58,589 nucleotides of DNA from Actinomycetes bacterium (GTDB lineage: Bacteria; Actinomycetota; Acidimicrobiia; Acidimicrobiales; JAJZXF01), in the NCBI GenBank assembly GCA_021791755.1, contig JAJYWA010000004.1:1-58589 (forward strand). The letters run 5' to 3'. A program made the translations under genes and the position numbers. Positions 38,082 to 47,731 of the stretch are shown piece by piece. The number at the start of each line of letters is the position of its first letter. Position 1 is the first letter of the stretch. Below the pieces are notes generated by a model. It was not told where the DNA came from. It did no database searches and worked only from the letters and a program-made list of their open reading frames with translations.

Positions 38082-41000
38082 TCAGGCGACGCCCTCGGAG
38101 CTGGGGGGCATGGGGATGGAGGTGGTCGGCTGTGAGATCGGGTTCTTGGTTGGTCGATCGCGGAAGGTCACCAAATTGGTGTCGACCGGTCTGGACAGTA
38201 GATATCCCTGGTAGAGATCGCAGTTGAGCCCCTGCAGCGTCTCCCGCTGGCGCTGGTTCTCCACGCCCTCGGCGAGGACCGTGAGATCGAAGGCATGGCC
38301 CAGCCTTACCACCGCGTCGACGATCGCCTTGTCAGCGCGGTCCTTCTCTACGTCGGTGATGAAGGTCCTGTCGATCTTCAGCACGTCGATCGGAAGGTTC
38401 TTCAGGTACCCGAGGGAGGAGTAGCCCGTGCCGAAGTCGTCGATCGCAAGCCTTATCCCAAGCTGGCGAAGCTCGGCCAGTAAAGTCACAGCCGAAGCCA
38501 TGTCATCGATGAGAGCGGTCTCGGTGACTTCGAGCATGAGCGCTTCGGCAGGGAGGCCGGATCTTTCGAGCGCAGCAGCGACTGTGGCGACGATCTCAGG
38601 CTCGGCGAGCTGGCGCGCCGACAGGTTGACCGATATGTGCGCCCGCTTCGCTGCAGGGAGCGATCGCCGCCACTCGGCCATCGTCAGACACGCCTGCTGG
38701 AGCACCCAGTTGCCCATTGCCACGATGAGGCCGGTCTCCTCTGCGAGAGGTATGAAGTCGTAGGGCGCTATCAGGCCGCGCTTGGGATGGCGCCACCTGA
38801 TCAACGCCTCCATTCCGACGACCCTCGTGTTCTGCAGGGACGCTATTGGTTGGTAGAACACGGTGAGCTCGTTATGCTCCATTGCTCTGCACAGCTCGTC
38901 GTAGGTCTGAAGTCGCTTGATGACCTGTTCGCGTGCTCCGGCGTCGAAGAGATCGACGTGGCCATGACCTTTGATCCTGGCCTGGGAGACCGCGGTGTCT
39001 GCGTCTCGTAGGAGCTCCTCGGCTTGCACCTCGCCCGGATGACAGAACGCGACGCCTATGCTGGCGGTCAAGGAAAGAGCATCCTGTCCGAGGTCCATGA
39101 ACGGTTCGGCGATGACCGTCGAGAACGCGGTTGCGATCTTGATGGACGTGTCGGGGTCCTGAACACCGTGGCAGAGGACCGCGAAGTCATCATTGCCCAG
39201 CCTCGCGACCGCGTCGCCAGCTCTGGAAGCGTTGCGGAGCCGCTGCGCTACCGCAACGAGGACCGCGTCGCCGAAGTCTGGTCCGTGAAGATCGTTTAGC
39301 AGCTTGAAGCTGTCAAGGTTCACTACGAGCAGGGCGAGGCCGTCAGGTGTCGAGCGGGACCGGCCAACTGCGCGCGCCAAGAGGTCCAGGAAGCCGGATC
39401 TGTTGAGGAGGCCGGTCAGCTCATCATGGTTGGCGCGGTACGTGAGCTGTTGCTGGGCCTTCACGTTCTCCGTGACGTCGGAGAACGAGCACACTACCCG
39501 TCGCTGGACGTCGTCTGCTCCAGATGCGGCGTCATCAGAGATGAGGTGCGTGTTGACCGAAAGCCAGAGGCGGTTCCCCTGATCCGTCATGGTCCCGATG
39601 ATCACATCTTTCAGAGGCTTGCCGGTGCGAAGCGTCGAGCCTATGGGGTACTGCACTACATGCAGCGGGGAGCCATCCCTTGTCACTACCGGGTGCATGC
39701 CAGAGAGCACGCCATCGCCGGTCTGCGTGTCGAGCCTGGCGCCCAGGATGAGCCGCGCAGAGTCGTTCGCCTCCAAGACGTGGCCGTGGTCGTCCAGGCT
39801 CACGATGCCTTCTCCGAGCACGCTCGCAAGAGCATTGTAACGGTCCTCCGCCGATCGACGCGCTGCCTCCGCGTTCAAGAAGCTCGTCAGATCCGAGCAG
39901 ATGCCTACCCAGCCGATCATCTGCTCGAGCTCGCCCAGCAGCGGCGCCACCGACACGCGAACCTGGAGGATGTCTCCTGCCTTGGTGATGTGCCGATGGT
40001 CACCGGAGCTGAAGGGATCTTCGTCGATGGTTGCGCTGGTGTGGGAATGGTCACTCGCTCGGGGAACCATTCCGGGATCGGATCGACGTGAGGAGGGGTC
40101 CGAGCGCGTCTTTTCCGTGGGGAGCTTGGGGCGTGTAGAACGTGATCGCCGGCGGGGGTTGGCCCTGCATCGACCCGAGAGGACGTCTGTCACCTTCAGG
40201 CCTGCGACCTCCTCGGCCGTCCAGCCGTACGTGCGTTCCGCTGCCTGGTTCCAGCTCACTATGTTCCCGGCAACGTCTACGCTGACAACGGCGTCTGACA
40301 TGTTCGAGATGAGGTTGGCCTGGTAGCGGTTCATCTCTTCCGCGCGCTTGCGGTCCGAGATGTCGCGCAGGATCACCTCGACGGCAGGGGCGCCCTGCCA
40401 TGAGGTGAAGATCGGTATCGTCTCGATCTTTTGGAGATAGCCGTCGGGGAACGCGAAGAGCATCTCCTCCGCCTCGCCGACGTCGCCCGGCGACTTCAGA
40501 GCGGCGACCCGCTCGAGAAGGCGGGCCTGGGAGGTGGGGTGCACGTAAGATGAGATGCCTTTGCCGACGATCTCGTGAACACCATGTTCGCCGACGACCT
40601 GGCGCACGGCTTGGTTCGCGTACACCACTGCTGAGCCGTCGTGGATGACGACGCCGTCGGGCGTATGGTCGATGAAGGACCTGTGGTACTCCTCCCAGTT
40701 GGGATCGTTGGAGCCGTCGCGGCTGGTGGTGGAGGCGCGTTTGCTGGACCCGTCCGATCCGCTACGCCCTCGGGGTCTGCCAGATCCGCTGGACCCGTCC
40801 GATCCGCCCGATCCGCCGGGAGGTGCATCGGACGCTGTCAGCAAGGTGTCCGCGCTAGCGCTGGTAGAAGCCTCTACAGCACTTGTACCGCGTGCCGGCC
40901 CCTCTTTGCTCGCTCGCGCTACCGCTGCGCGACCTCCCGCTGCGCGACCTCCCGCTGCGCGAACTTTTCCCGACCGATCGCCGCCCGTGGTTGGGGCCGG

Positions 41001-41765
41001 TTCCGTGGCGGTCCAGCCGCGAGCATCATTGACGCCATCGCGAGCAGTGGGGGAGGCGTTGGTGAGCGCCGCGCCAGCTAGGCGGACGAGGCCGGTGCAG
41101 GTCACTCGGCGGTTGGGATCCGAGCTCGGCGTAGCTTCGACGATGAGCCTGTGATAGGCGCCGTCGGGGCCCTCGACGGTCCATAGGAGCTGGTAGAAGT
41201 TCCACGGTGCACCCTGCGGGACGACCAGGGTGATGGGTGCTACAAGCGCTGTCGGCAGGTCTGCGACCTTGGATCGTGAGCCAGAGTGGTCTGCGGCCTC
41301 GGCTCCGGAGCGTCGCTTGGTGGCAGTAGGGTGCGCTGAGCCGCCCCAGAGCCTGAAGCCCTGTTCTCCAGGTCTGTAGCCCATCAGGGCCTCGACCGGG
41401 TCATTCCACGAGACGCGGCCTCGCGCGTCGAGGGACCACGTGACGACCCGCTCCATCGTGACATCGACGCTGCCCGCGGCACCCGCTTCAGGGGTTTTCG
41501 AAAAGGCGCGAGAGGATTGGAATGGCTGCATCGCCTCGATAGAGGCCGTGTGCGCACCTACGACGTCAAATGCGCTGGTGAAGGAGGTGAGCACCGCACC
41601 TCGATGATCTGCGGAGGGCACGCCTGGTCGTCCCGAAGTGCGCAACGAGGAAGAGCGCAACGAGCGTGTAGTTGCGTCCGGCGCACGGGCCGCGCGCGAC
41701 CTTTTTTCCGTAGCCTTTCGACGAGGATAGTCGCTTGTCCTCCTCCCAGGCTCTGTGTCAGCCAT
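38082..41765 (-). CDS. Multi-PAS / degenerate GGDEF / EAL protein, probable c-di-GMP phosphodiesterase
   Basis: PAS motifs; HDELTGLLNR; LGNDDF; EAL side MEALIRW, DDFGTGYSS, KIDR, EGVE, QGY intact. Confidence 0.92.
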   Translation of the reverse strand: MADTEPGRRTSDYPRRKATEKRSRAARAPDATTRSLRSSSLRTSGRPGVPSADHRGAVLTSFTSAFDVVGAHTASIEAMQPFQSSRAFSKTPEAGAAGSVDVTMERVVTWSLDARGRVSWNDPVEALMGYRPGEQGFRLWGGSAHPTATKRRSGAEAADHSGSRSKVADLPTALVAPITLVVPQGAPWNFYQLLWTVEGPDGAYHRLIVEATPSSDPNRRVTCTGLVRLAGAALTNASPTARDGVNDARGWTATEPAPTTGGDRSGKVRAAGGRAAGGRAAVARASKEGPARGTSAVEASTSASADTLLTASDAPPGGSGGSDGSSGSGRPRGRSGSDGSSKRASTTSRDGSNDPNWEEYHRSFIDHTPDGVVIHDGSAVVYANQAVRQVVGEHGVHEIVGKGISSYVHPTSQARLLERVAALKSPGDVGEAEEMLFAFPDGYLQKIETIPIFTSWQGAPAVEVILRDISDRKRAEEMNRYQANLISNMSDAVVSVDVAGNIVSWNQAAERTYGWTAEEVAGLKVTDVLSGRCRANPRRRSRSTRPKLPTEKTRSDPSSRRSDPGMVPRASDHSHTSATIDEDPFSSGDHRHITKAGDILQVRVSVAPLLGELEQMIGWVGICSDLTSFLNAEAARRSAEDRYNALASVLGEGIVSLDDHGHVLEANDSARLILGARLDTQTGDGVLSGMHPVVTRDGSPLHVVQYPIGSTLRTGKPLKDVIIGTMTDQGNRLWLSVNTHLISDDAASGADDVQRRVVCSFSDVTENVKAQQQLTYRANHDELTGLLNRSGFLDLLARAVGRSRSTPDGLALLVVNLDSFKLLNDLHGPDFGDAVLVAVAQRLRNASRAGDAVARLGNDDFAVLCHGVQDPDTSIKIATAFSTVIAEPFMDLGQDALSLTASIGVAFCHPGEVQAEELLRDADTAVSQARIKGHGHVDLFDAGAREQVIKRLQTYDELCRAMEHNELTVFYQPIASLQNTRVVGMEALIRWRHPKRGLIAPYDFIPLAEETGLIVAMGNWVLQQACLTMAEWRRSLPAAKRAHISVNLSARQLAEPEIVATVAAALERSGLPAEALMLEVTETALIDDMASAVTLLAELRQLGIRLAIDDFGTGYSSLGYLKNLPIDVLKIDRTFITDVEKDRADKAIVDAVVRLGHAFDLTVLAEGVENQRQRETLQGLNCDLYQGYLLSRPVDTNLVTFRDRPTKNPISQPTTSIPMPPSSEGVA

Positions 41766-41908
41766 TGCTTGCTGATCGGCACTGTTGTAGCGAACCTTGA
41801 GCGGTAATGAGCGCGGCCAAAGAGCGAGGTGTGCAAAGAGCGAGGCGTCAAGAGCGTGCCCCGGCTGTCCGGCTCCCGTGCCAATGTGCGCAATATATTG
41901 TTGAAAGG

Positions 41909-42970
41909 ATGTCGCGGCGCTACGAGACGGAGCAGTTCATGTATGACCTGCCCCTGGAGCGGATAGCTCAGGAGCCCGTCGAGCCCAGATCCAGCGCACG
42001 GCTTCTCGACGCGAGCGGCCGTGAGGTGGTCGACCGCAGTATTAGAGATCTGCCGTCGCTGGTCTGCGCGGGGGACCTCCTGGTTCTCAACACCACGAAG
42101 GTGGCGCCGTCTCGGTTGCTCCTACGCAAGCGAAGTGGCGGCTCAGCGGAGGTCTTGCTGTTGGAGCAGGCTACGGACCGCCAGGTCGACCAGGGATCCG
42201 GCTCCGCATCCGGCGAGGCTCTTTACCTGGCGCTGGTGAGGCCCGGGCGTCGCATCAGGGCAGGTACGGTGCTGCAGCTGCACGGCGAGGATGCGGTCGT
42301 GGTGGAGAGCGAGGCGCTTGGCGAAGAGAGGTCACGGCTTGTTCGCGTGCTCGACTCGCGTATCATTTCCCAGTTTGGGCAGGTAGCCTTGCCTCCGTAC
42401 ATACACGTGCCGCTCGCTGATCCGGATCGGTACCAGACCGTCTACGCAGTGTCGCCGGGCTCGGTGGCTGCTCCGACAGCAGGGCTGCATCTGACGACCG
42501 AGGTGCTCCAGGAGTGCGTTCGAAACGGCGCGAGGATCGCCACGTTGGACCTGTCGATAGGGATCGGGACCTTCAGGCCGGTGACGGCGTCGAAGCCCGA
42601 TGATCACGTAATGCACCCCGAGCGCTACCGCGTTCCTGATGACACAATGTCGATGTGCGTCCGTTCTCGAAGGGTGATCGCTGTGGGCACGACCACCCTC
42701 AGGGCTCTCGAGACAGTTGCGCTCACTGGCGAGCCGTCGGGAACGACCGAGCTGTTCGTGCACGGGGAGTTCGACTTCAAGTTGGTCGACTTGCTGCTCA
42801 CCAACTTTCATCAACCGAGAAGCTCGCTGCTGATGCTTGTCGAGTCGTTCTACGGCCCAGGCTGGCGCGACCTGTACGCACGGGCGCTGCGCGGCTCGTA
42901 CAGGTTCCTCTCGTTCGGTGACGCAATGCTGCTCGGACGCGGCGAGGGCAAGCGGCTTGGCGGCGGCTGA
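41909..42970 (+). CDS. queA: SAM:tRNA ribosyltransferase-isomerase
   Basis: YDLPLERIAQEP, LPPYI, RYQTVYA, SVAAPTAGLH, TNFHQPRS, YRFLSFGDAM. Confidence 0.97.
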   Translation: MSRRYETEQFMYDLPLERIAQEPVEPRSSARLLDASGREVVDRSIRDLPSLVCAGDLLVLNTTKVAPSRLLLRKRSGGSAEVLLLEQATDRQVDQGSGSASGEALYLALVRPGRRIRAGTVLQLHGEDAVVVESEALGEERSRLVRVLDSRIISQFGQVALPPYIHVPLADPDRYQTVYAVSPGSVAAPTAGLHLTTEVLQECVRNGARIATLDLSIGIGTFRPVTASKPDDHVMHPERYRVPDDTMSMCVRSRRVIAVGTTTLRALETVALTGEPSGTTELFVHGEFDFKLVDLLLTNFHQPRSSLLMLVESFYGPGWRDLYARALRGSYRFLSFGDAMLLGRGEGKRLGGG

Positions 42971-42998
42971 AACGGCTGGCGTCCGGCCGGGGCGCCCG

Positions 42999-44183
42999 AT
43001 GAACCCGATAAGGCAGCCTGGGGAGAGGTCGTTGGTGGTGGTGGATGCGCTCGATGGCATGGCAAGAGCCGGGCGGGTCGAGACGAGACGGGGATCGTTC
43101 GCTGTCCCGTGTTTCATGCCGGTTGGGACCCGGGGCGCCGTGAGGGCGCTCAGCAGTGACGATCTGGAGAGAACCGGTGTCGAGGTGATGCTCGCGAATA
43201 CGTACCATCTTGCGTTGCGCCCAGGTGTAGAGGTCATCGCCGAGCTGGGGGGAGTGCATGGTTTCACCGGCTGGGGCGGCCATGTGCTCACCGACTCGGG
43301 CGGCTTCCAGGGCTACTCCCTGCCATCGAAGGTGGACCGCGACGGCATCACCTTCAAGTCCATTTACGATGGCTCATCGTTTCGCCTGACGCCCGAGACG
43401 GCCGTGCGTGCGCAGGAGCTGCTTAACGCGGACATACAGATGGTCCTCGATGTATGTCCCGCGCTGCCTGCAAGCTCTGAGGTGGTGCGCGGCGCGATGA
43501 GGACCACTCTCGAGTGGGCGGAGCGTTCCCGCGAGGCTCATTCGCTGGCCGATCAGGCGATCTTTGGCATCGTCCAGGGTGGCGTCGACGAGGATCTTCG
43601 CTCCGAGTGTGCGCAGCGCACCGCTGCGCTGGACTTCGACGGGTACGGCATCGGGGGGCTCTCCGTGGGCGAGGCCCGTGACGAGATGCTGATGGCGCTG
43701 GCGGCGGCCGCTCGCGAGCTCCCGGAGGATCGCCCCCGGTACCTGATGGGCGTGGGAGATCCGTTGAGCCTTGTCGAGGCGGTGGCGCTCGGCGTAGACA
43801 TGTTCGACTGTGTCGCACCGACGCGGACTGCACGCCATGGGACAGCCCTGACCTCAGCTGGGCGGATATCCTTGCGGAACGCTAAGTACGCGAAGGATCC
43901 GCGCCCGGTGGACGAGTCGTGCACCTGCCTCACCTGCAGTACTGTGTCACGGGCTTACCTGCGGCACCTGCTGCTCGTGTCGGAGCCGACCGTGCTACGT
44001 TTGTTGACGGTTCATAATCTGGCGTGGATGATGCTCTTGATGCGTGAGGTGCGGTGCGCCATCAACGAGGGGACGCTCAAGGCTCTGCGGTCGCGTATTG
44101 CGAGCGCTTGGGAGCGCCAGCCTCTGACAGGCCGGAGCGCTGGTGGGCCGCCGTCAGGTTGTCGAGAAGCTCAGGAAGGGTAG
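42999..44183 (+). CDS. tgt: Queuine tRNA-ribosyltransferase
   Basis: FMPVGT, NTYHL, TDSGGFQ, GIVQGG, GGLSVGE, RYLMGVG, DMFDC, CTCLTC..HN. Confidence 0.97.
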   Translation: MNPIRQPGERSLVVVDALDGMARAGRVETRRGSFAVPCFMPVGTRGAVRALSSDDLERTGVEVMLANTYHLALRPGVEVIAELGGVHGFTGWGGHVLTDSGGFQGYSLPSKVDRDGITFKSIYDGSSFRLTPETAVRAQELLNADIQMVLDVCPALPASSEVVRGAMRTTLEWAERSREAHSLADQAIFGIVQGGVDEDLRSECAQRTAALDFDGYGIGGLSVGEARDEMLMALAAAARELPEDRPRYLMGVGDPLSLVEAVALGVDMFDCVAPTRTARHGTALTSAGRISLRNAKYAKDPRPVDESCTCLTCSTVSRAYLRHLLLVSEPTVLRLLTVHNLAWMMLLMREVRCAINEGTLKALRSRIASAWERQPLTGRSAGGPPSGCREAQEG

Positions 44184-44212
44184 CGTCGCTGGAATTGAAT
44201 GATCATCGATGG

Positions 44213-44746
44213 ATGGCAGTAGCCGCAACGGCGCATCATGCGCTGGTGGTGCTGGCAGCCGCGGGTGCGGCGAAGAAGACCGCGGCGCCAGCGGCGTCAT
44301 CGGGGCTGTCCAGCCTCTTTCTCATCGGCGCTGTTGTCTTGGTCGCCTACTTCCTCTTGCTACGCCCGGGACGGAACCGCGCGCGAGCGCAGCGTGATAT
44401 GCACAGTTCAATTGGAGTCGGCGACGAGGTGGTGACGAACGGGGGGCTCGTCGGCCGCATAGTTGAAGACACAGGCGATGGACGTCTTCTGCTCGAGGTT
44501 GCTCCAGGCATCGAGGTGTCCATCCTGCGCCAGTACGTGGTCCAGCGGGTAAGTGGCAGTCCTGTGGAGCCGGACCTCGCAGGCAGCAACGATCCTGACG
44601 ACGCTGGCGATCCCGACGAGGACGACGCTGGCGATCCCGACGAGGATGACGCTGGCGATCCCGACGAGGATGACGCTGGCGACGACGACCGGCTCAACGG
44701 CAGCAGGCCAGGCAGCGGGTCAGGCGGCGAGGCGGGTGACCGGTGA
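44213..44746 (+). CDS. yajC: Preprotein translocase subunit YajC with acidic repeat tail
   Basis: YFLLLRP, GDEVVTNGGLVGRI; between tgt and secD. Confidence 0.92.
   Translation: MAVAATAHHALVVLAAAGAAKKTAAPAASSGLSSLFLIGAVVLVAYFLLLRPGRNRARAQRDMHSSIGVGDEVVTNGGLVGRIVEDTGDGRLLLEVAPGIEVSILRQYVVQRVSGSPVEPDLAGSNDPDDAGDPDEDDAGDPDEDDAGDPDEDDAGDDDRLNGSRPGSGSGGEAGDR
44600..44683. repeat. 3.5 x 24 bp in-frame repeat (DAGDPDED)
   Basis: gacgctggcgatcccgacgagga(c/t). Confidence 0.95.
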
Positions 44747-46263
44747 AGACGAACCGGCTTATCCTGAGCGTGATCGCGTTCACCGTGATCTCCTTTGGTG
44801 CGACGATCGGGACGTTGTCGGCCGGTCTCGCGCCGAAGCTGGGATTGGACCTGGCCGGAGGGATCTCGGTCGTCCTCAAACCGGCCCACAAGGTCTCCTC
44901 CACGGTGCTCACCGAAGCTATCAACATCATTCGAAACCGCGTGGACGCGCTGGGTGTGACGCAGCCGAACATCGGTAGCCAGGGTGGAGATGTGCTCGTC
45001 GAGCTCCCAGGCATCAAGAACCGGGCCAAGGTGATCCACATAATCGGCGAGACCGCCCAGCTCTACTTCCGTCCGGTGCTGTGCGCCGCGCCCGCGTACA
45101 GCCCGCCGGCGACGAAGCCCGGCGAGAAGAAGGCGCCCGCGTCACCTGGACCTCTCCCATCGAGCTGTCCGGCTGCGGATCAGTACAGCGCTGCAAACCT
45201 GAAGGTGAACACGTCCAGCGGGTTGCCTACCGGGAACCCGACTCCTGACCTGGCCCTCGCGTCGTACCCGACCACCAGCTCCAGCCAGGACGTTCCGAAC
45301 AAGCCCGTGCTCCTCTACGACGCGCAGGCCCACCAGCGCTTCCTCCTCGGTCCGGCCGGTCTCACCGGGCACGCGCTGAGCTCAGCTACGGCGCAGCTGT
45401 CCTCGACCGGCTCATGGCAGGTGGCGTTCACGCTGACTGGATCCGGCTCGCCGAAATGGGACGCTCTCGCGAGGGCGAACTTCCACCAGATGGTGGCTGT
45501 GGACCTCGATGCGAAGATCGAGTCAGCGCCGCTCATCCAACCGACTCAGGCCGCCTTTACGAGCTTCAACGGCTCGGGAGTGATCAACGGTTCGAACTTC
45601 ACCCAGTCGAGCGCAAAGAGCCTCGCACTGGTCCTGCAGTACGGCGCCCTGCCTGTGCGCCTGGTGCGCCAGACCGTCCAGTCGGTGTCGCCGACGCTAG
45701 GCAGGTCGTCGCTGATCGCCGGGCTCGCAGCGGGTCTGGTGGGTTTGCTGTTGGTGATGCTCTACATGATCTTCTACTACCGCGGGCTCGGGATCGTGGT
45801 GGTCTTGGGGCTTGCCACCACGGCTGCGCTGTTGTGGGCGATCGTGTCGGTGCTGGGGCTGAGCGGGCTTACCCTCGACCTGTCGGGGGTGGTGGGCATG
45901 GTGGTGTCCGTTGGGATAACAGTAGACTCCTACGTGGTCTACTTCGAGCGCCTCAAAGACGAGGTGCGTGCAGGTCGCTCGGTGCGCTCCTCGGTGGATA
46001 GGGGCTTCTCCCGCGCATACCGTACGGTCCTCGCGGCCGACCTCGTGTCGCTGATCGGCGCCGTGCTTCTGTACCTGCTTTCGATCGGCCCAGTGAAGGG
46101 CTTCGCGTTCTTCCTCGGCCTGTCGACGATCCTTGACCTGCTTTCGGCGTTCTTCTTCACCCGCCCGTTCGTGATCCTCCTCGGCCGGAACCGGACCTTC
46201 ACCGAAGCCCGTACGCTCGGCGTCGCATCGGGGCTCGCTGCAGCTCCAGAGGGTGCATCATGA
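44743..46263 (+). CDS. secD: Protein translocase subunit SecD
   Basis: KLGLDLAGG, RNRVDALGV, GALPV, VSPTLG, GITVDSYVVYFER, GPVKGFA. Confidence 0.97.
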   Translation: MKTNRLILSVIAFTVISFGATIGTLSAGLAPKLGLDLAGGISVVLKPAHKVSSTVLTEAINIIRNRVDALGVTQPNIGSQGGDVLVELPGIKNRAKVIHIIGETAQLYFRPVLCAAPAYSPPATKPGEKKAPASPGPLPSSCPAADQYSAANLKVNTSSGLPTGNPTPDLALASYPTTSSSQDVPNKPVLLYDAQAHQRFLLGPAGLTGHALSSATAQLSSTGSWQVAFTLTGSGSPKWDALARANFHQMVAVDLDAKIESAPLIQPTQAAFTSFNGSGVINGSNFTQSSAKSLALVLQYGALPVRLVRQTVQSVSPTLGRSSLIAGLAAGLVGLLLVMLYMIFYYRGLGIVVVLGLATTAALLWAIVSVLGLSGLTLDLSGVVGMVVSVGITVDSYVVYFERLKDEVRAGRSVRSSVDRGFSRAYRTVLAADLVSLIGAVLLYLLSIGPVKGFAFFLGLSTILDLLSAFFFTRPFVILLGRNRTFTEARTLGVASGLAAAPEGAS

Positions 46264-47711
46264 AGGCTTCGGACGGGATTGTGGACGGGGCCGCTCCCAG
46301 CGCGTCGGGGTCGGGCGCGCAGGGGAGGCCGAACGCCTTTGTCCGGCTCTACCGGGGAGAGACCTCTTTCGACTTCGTCGGAAGGAGGAAGATCTGGTTG
46401 CTGGCTTCGGGGATCGTCATACTTGCCGGCATCATCTCGCTGTCCACGCGCGGTCTCAACATGGGGATCGACTTCAGGGGTGGCACCTCGTGGCAGGTAC
46501 CTGCGAACGGCGCATCAGTCAACCAGGCGCGATCGACGCTAGTGAAGCTGGGCCTCGGGGGTGCGACCGCCGTGTCGATAGGGACCGGGTCGAGCCAGCA
46601 TCTCGAGGTCGAGGCGGACCTTCTCTCCGAGTCAGCTGCGAAACGGAGCGCTACCGAGCAGGCGGTGTCGAGCGCGCTGGCGAAGCTGACGCACGAGCCG
46701 GTTGGGAGTGTCAGCCTGACGGATGTTGGCCCGACGTGGGGAGGCCAGGTCACATCCAAGGCAGAGTTGGCGTTGATCGTCTTCTTCATCGCGATCGCGC
46801 TGTACATCACCTTCAGGTTCGAGTGGAAGATGGCGGGCGCCGCGCTGATCGCGGTCGTTCACGACATCCTGGTGACGGTCGGCATCTACTCCCTGGCGGG
46901 TTTCCAGGTGACCCCGGACACCGTGGTGGCCTTTCTCACGATCCTCGGGTACTCGCTCTATGACACGATCGTTGTGTTCGACCGCGTCCAGGAGAACGCG
47001 AGGGGCCTAGGCGCCTCGGGGCGGATGACGTATGCCAGCACGGTCAACCTGTCGATGAACCAGGTGATGGCGAGGTCCCTCAACACGTCGCTGGTGGCAG
47101 TGCTGCCAGTGGCGTCGGTGCTGTTCATCGGGGCGTACGTGTTGGGAGCTACGACGCTGCAGTATTTCGGGCTCGCGCTGTTCATAGGCTTGATGACTGG
47201 GGCGTACTCATCGATCTTCATCGCGTCGCCTCTCCTCGCGGGCTTCAAAGAGAGCGAGCCCCGGTATGCGTCGATACGCCAGAAGCTGCAGGCGAGGGGT
47301 GAGGCGATGCTTGCCCTGACGCCGGCAGCGGCAGCTGCTGGTGGGGCGCTCGGAGGATCAGACGCTGGGAACCGGAGGTTCGCAGACGCCCGGAGGTCGC
47401 AGAGGAGGGCTGCGACGCGTGTCGCCGAGGCAGCGGCAAGGCGAGGCGCCCCGGCCCCCGGCGGCATTCTCCGCCCTGGCGACGCTGGCCAGCGTGGCAC
47501 TGGGGCTCCGGCGCCCGAGGCCGCCGGAGTCGACGAGCCGATGGTGGCGTCCGGCATTGGAGCGGGATCCGCCGCGCGGTCGAGGGCGGGTGGCAGTGGA
47601 GCAAGGCCGGGTTCCCAGGGCCAGCGGGCGCGCCCGGGTGGGCCCGGGCAGTCGCGCGCGAGAGCGGGCGGAGGACCTCCGAGACCGCGAAAGAAGCGGC
47701 GTAAGCGCTAG
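46260..47711 (+). CDS. secF: Protein translocase subunit SecF
   Basis: GIDFRGG, VGPTWG, RFEW, HD, GYSLYDTIVVFDRVQEN, RSLNTS, GAYSSIFIASP. Confidence 0.97.
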   Translation: MKASDGIVDGAAPSASGSGAQGRPNAFVRLYRGETSFDFVGRRKIWLLASGIVILAGIISLSTRGLNMGIDFRGGTSWQVPANGASVNQARSTLVKLGLGGATAVSIGTGSSQHLEVEADLLSESAAKRSATEQAVSSALAKLTHEPVGSVSLTDVGPTWGGQVTSKAELALIVFFIAIALYITFRFEWKMAGAALIAVVHDILVTVGIYSLAGFQVTPDTVVAFLTILGYSLYDTIVVFDRVQENARGLGASGRMTYASTVNLSMNQVMARSLNTSLVAVLPVASVLFIGAYVLGATTLQYFGLALFIGLMTGAYSSIFIASPLLAGFKESEPRYASIRQKLQARGEAMLALTPAAAAAGGALGGSDAGNRRFADARRSQRRAATRVAEAAARRGAPAPGGILRPGDAGQRGTGAPAPEAAGVDEPMVASGIGAGSAARSRAGGSGARPGSQGQRARPGGPGQSRARAGGGPPRPRKKRRKR

Positions 47712-47731
47712 ACGGGCGGTAGCCTGGATGA

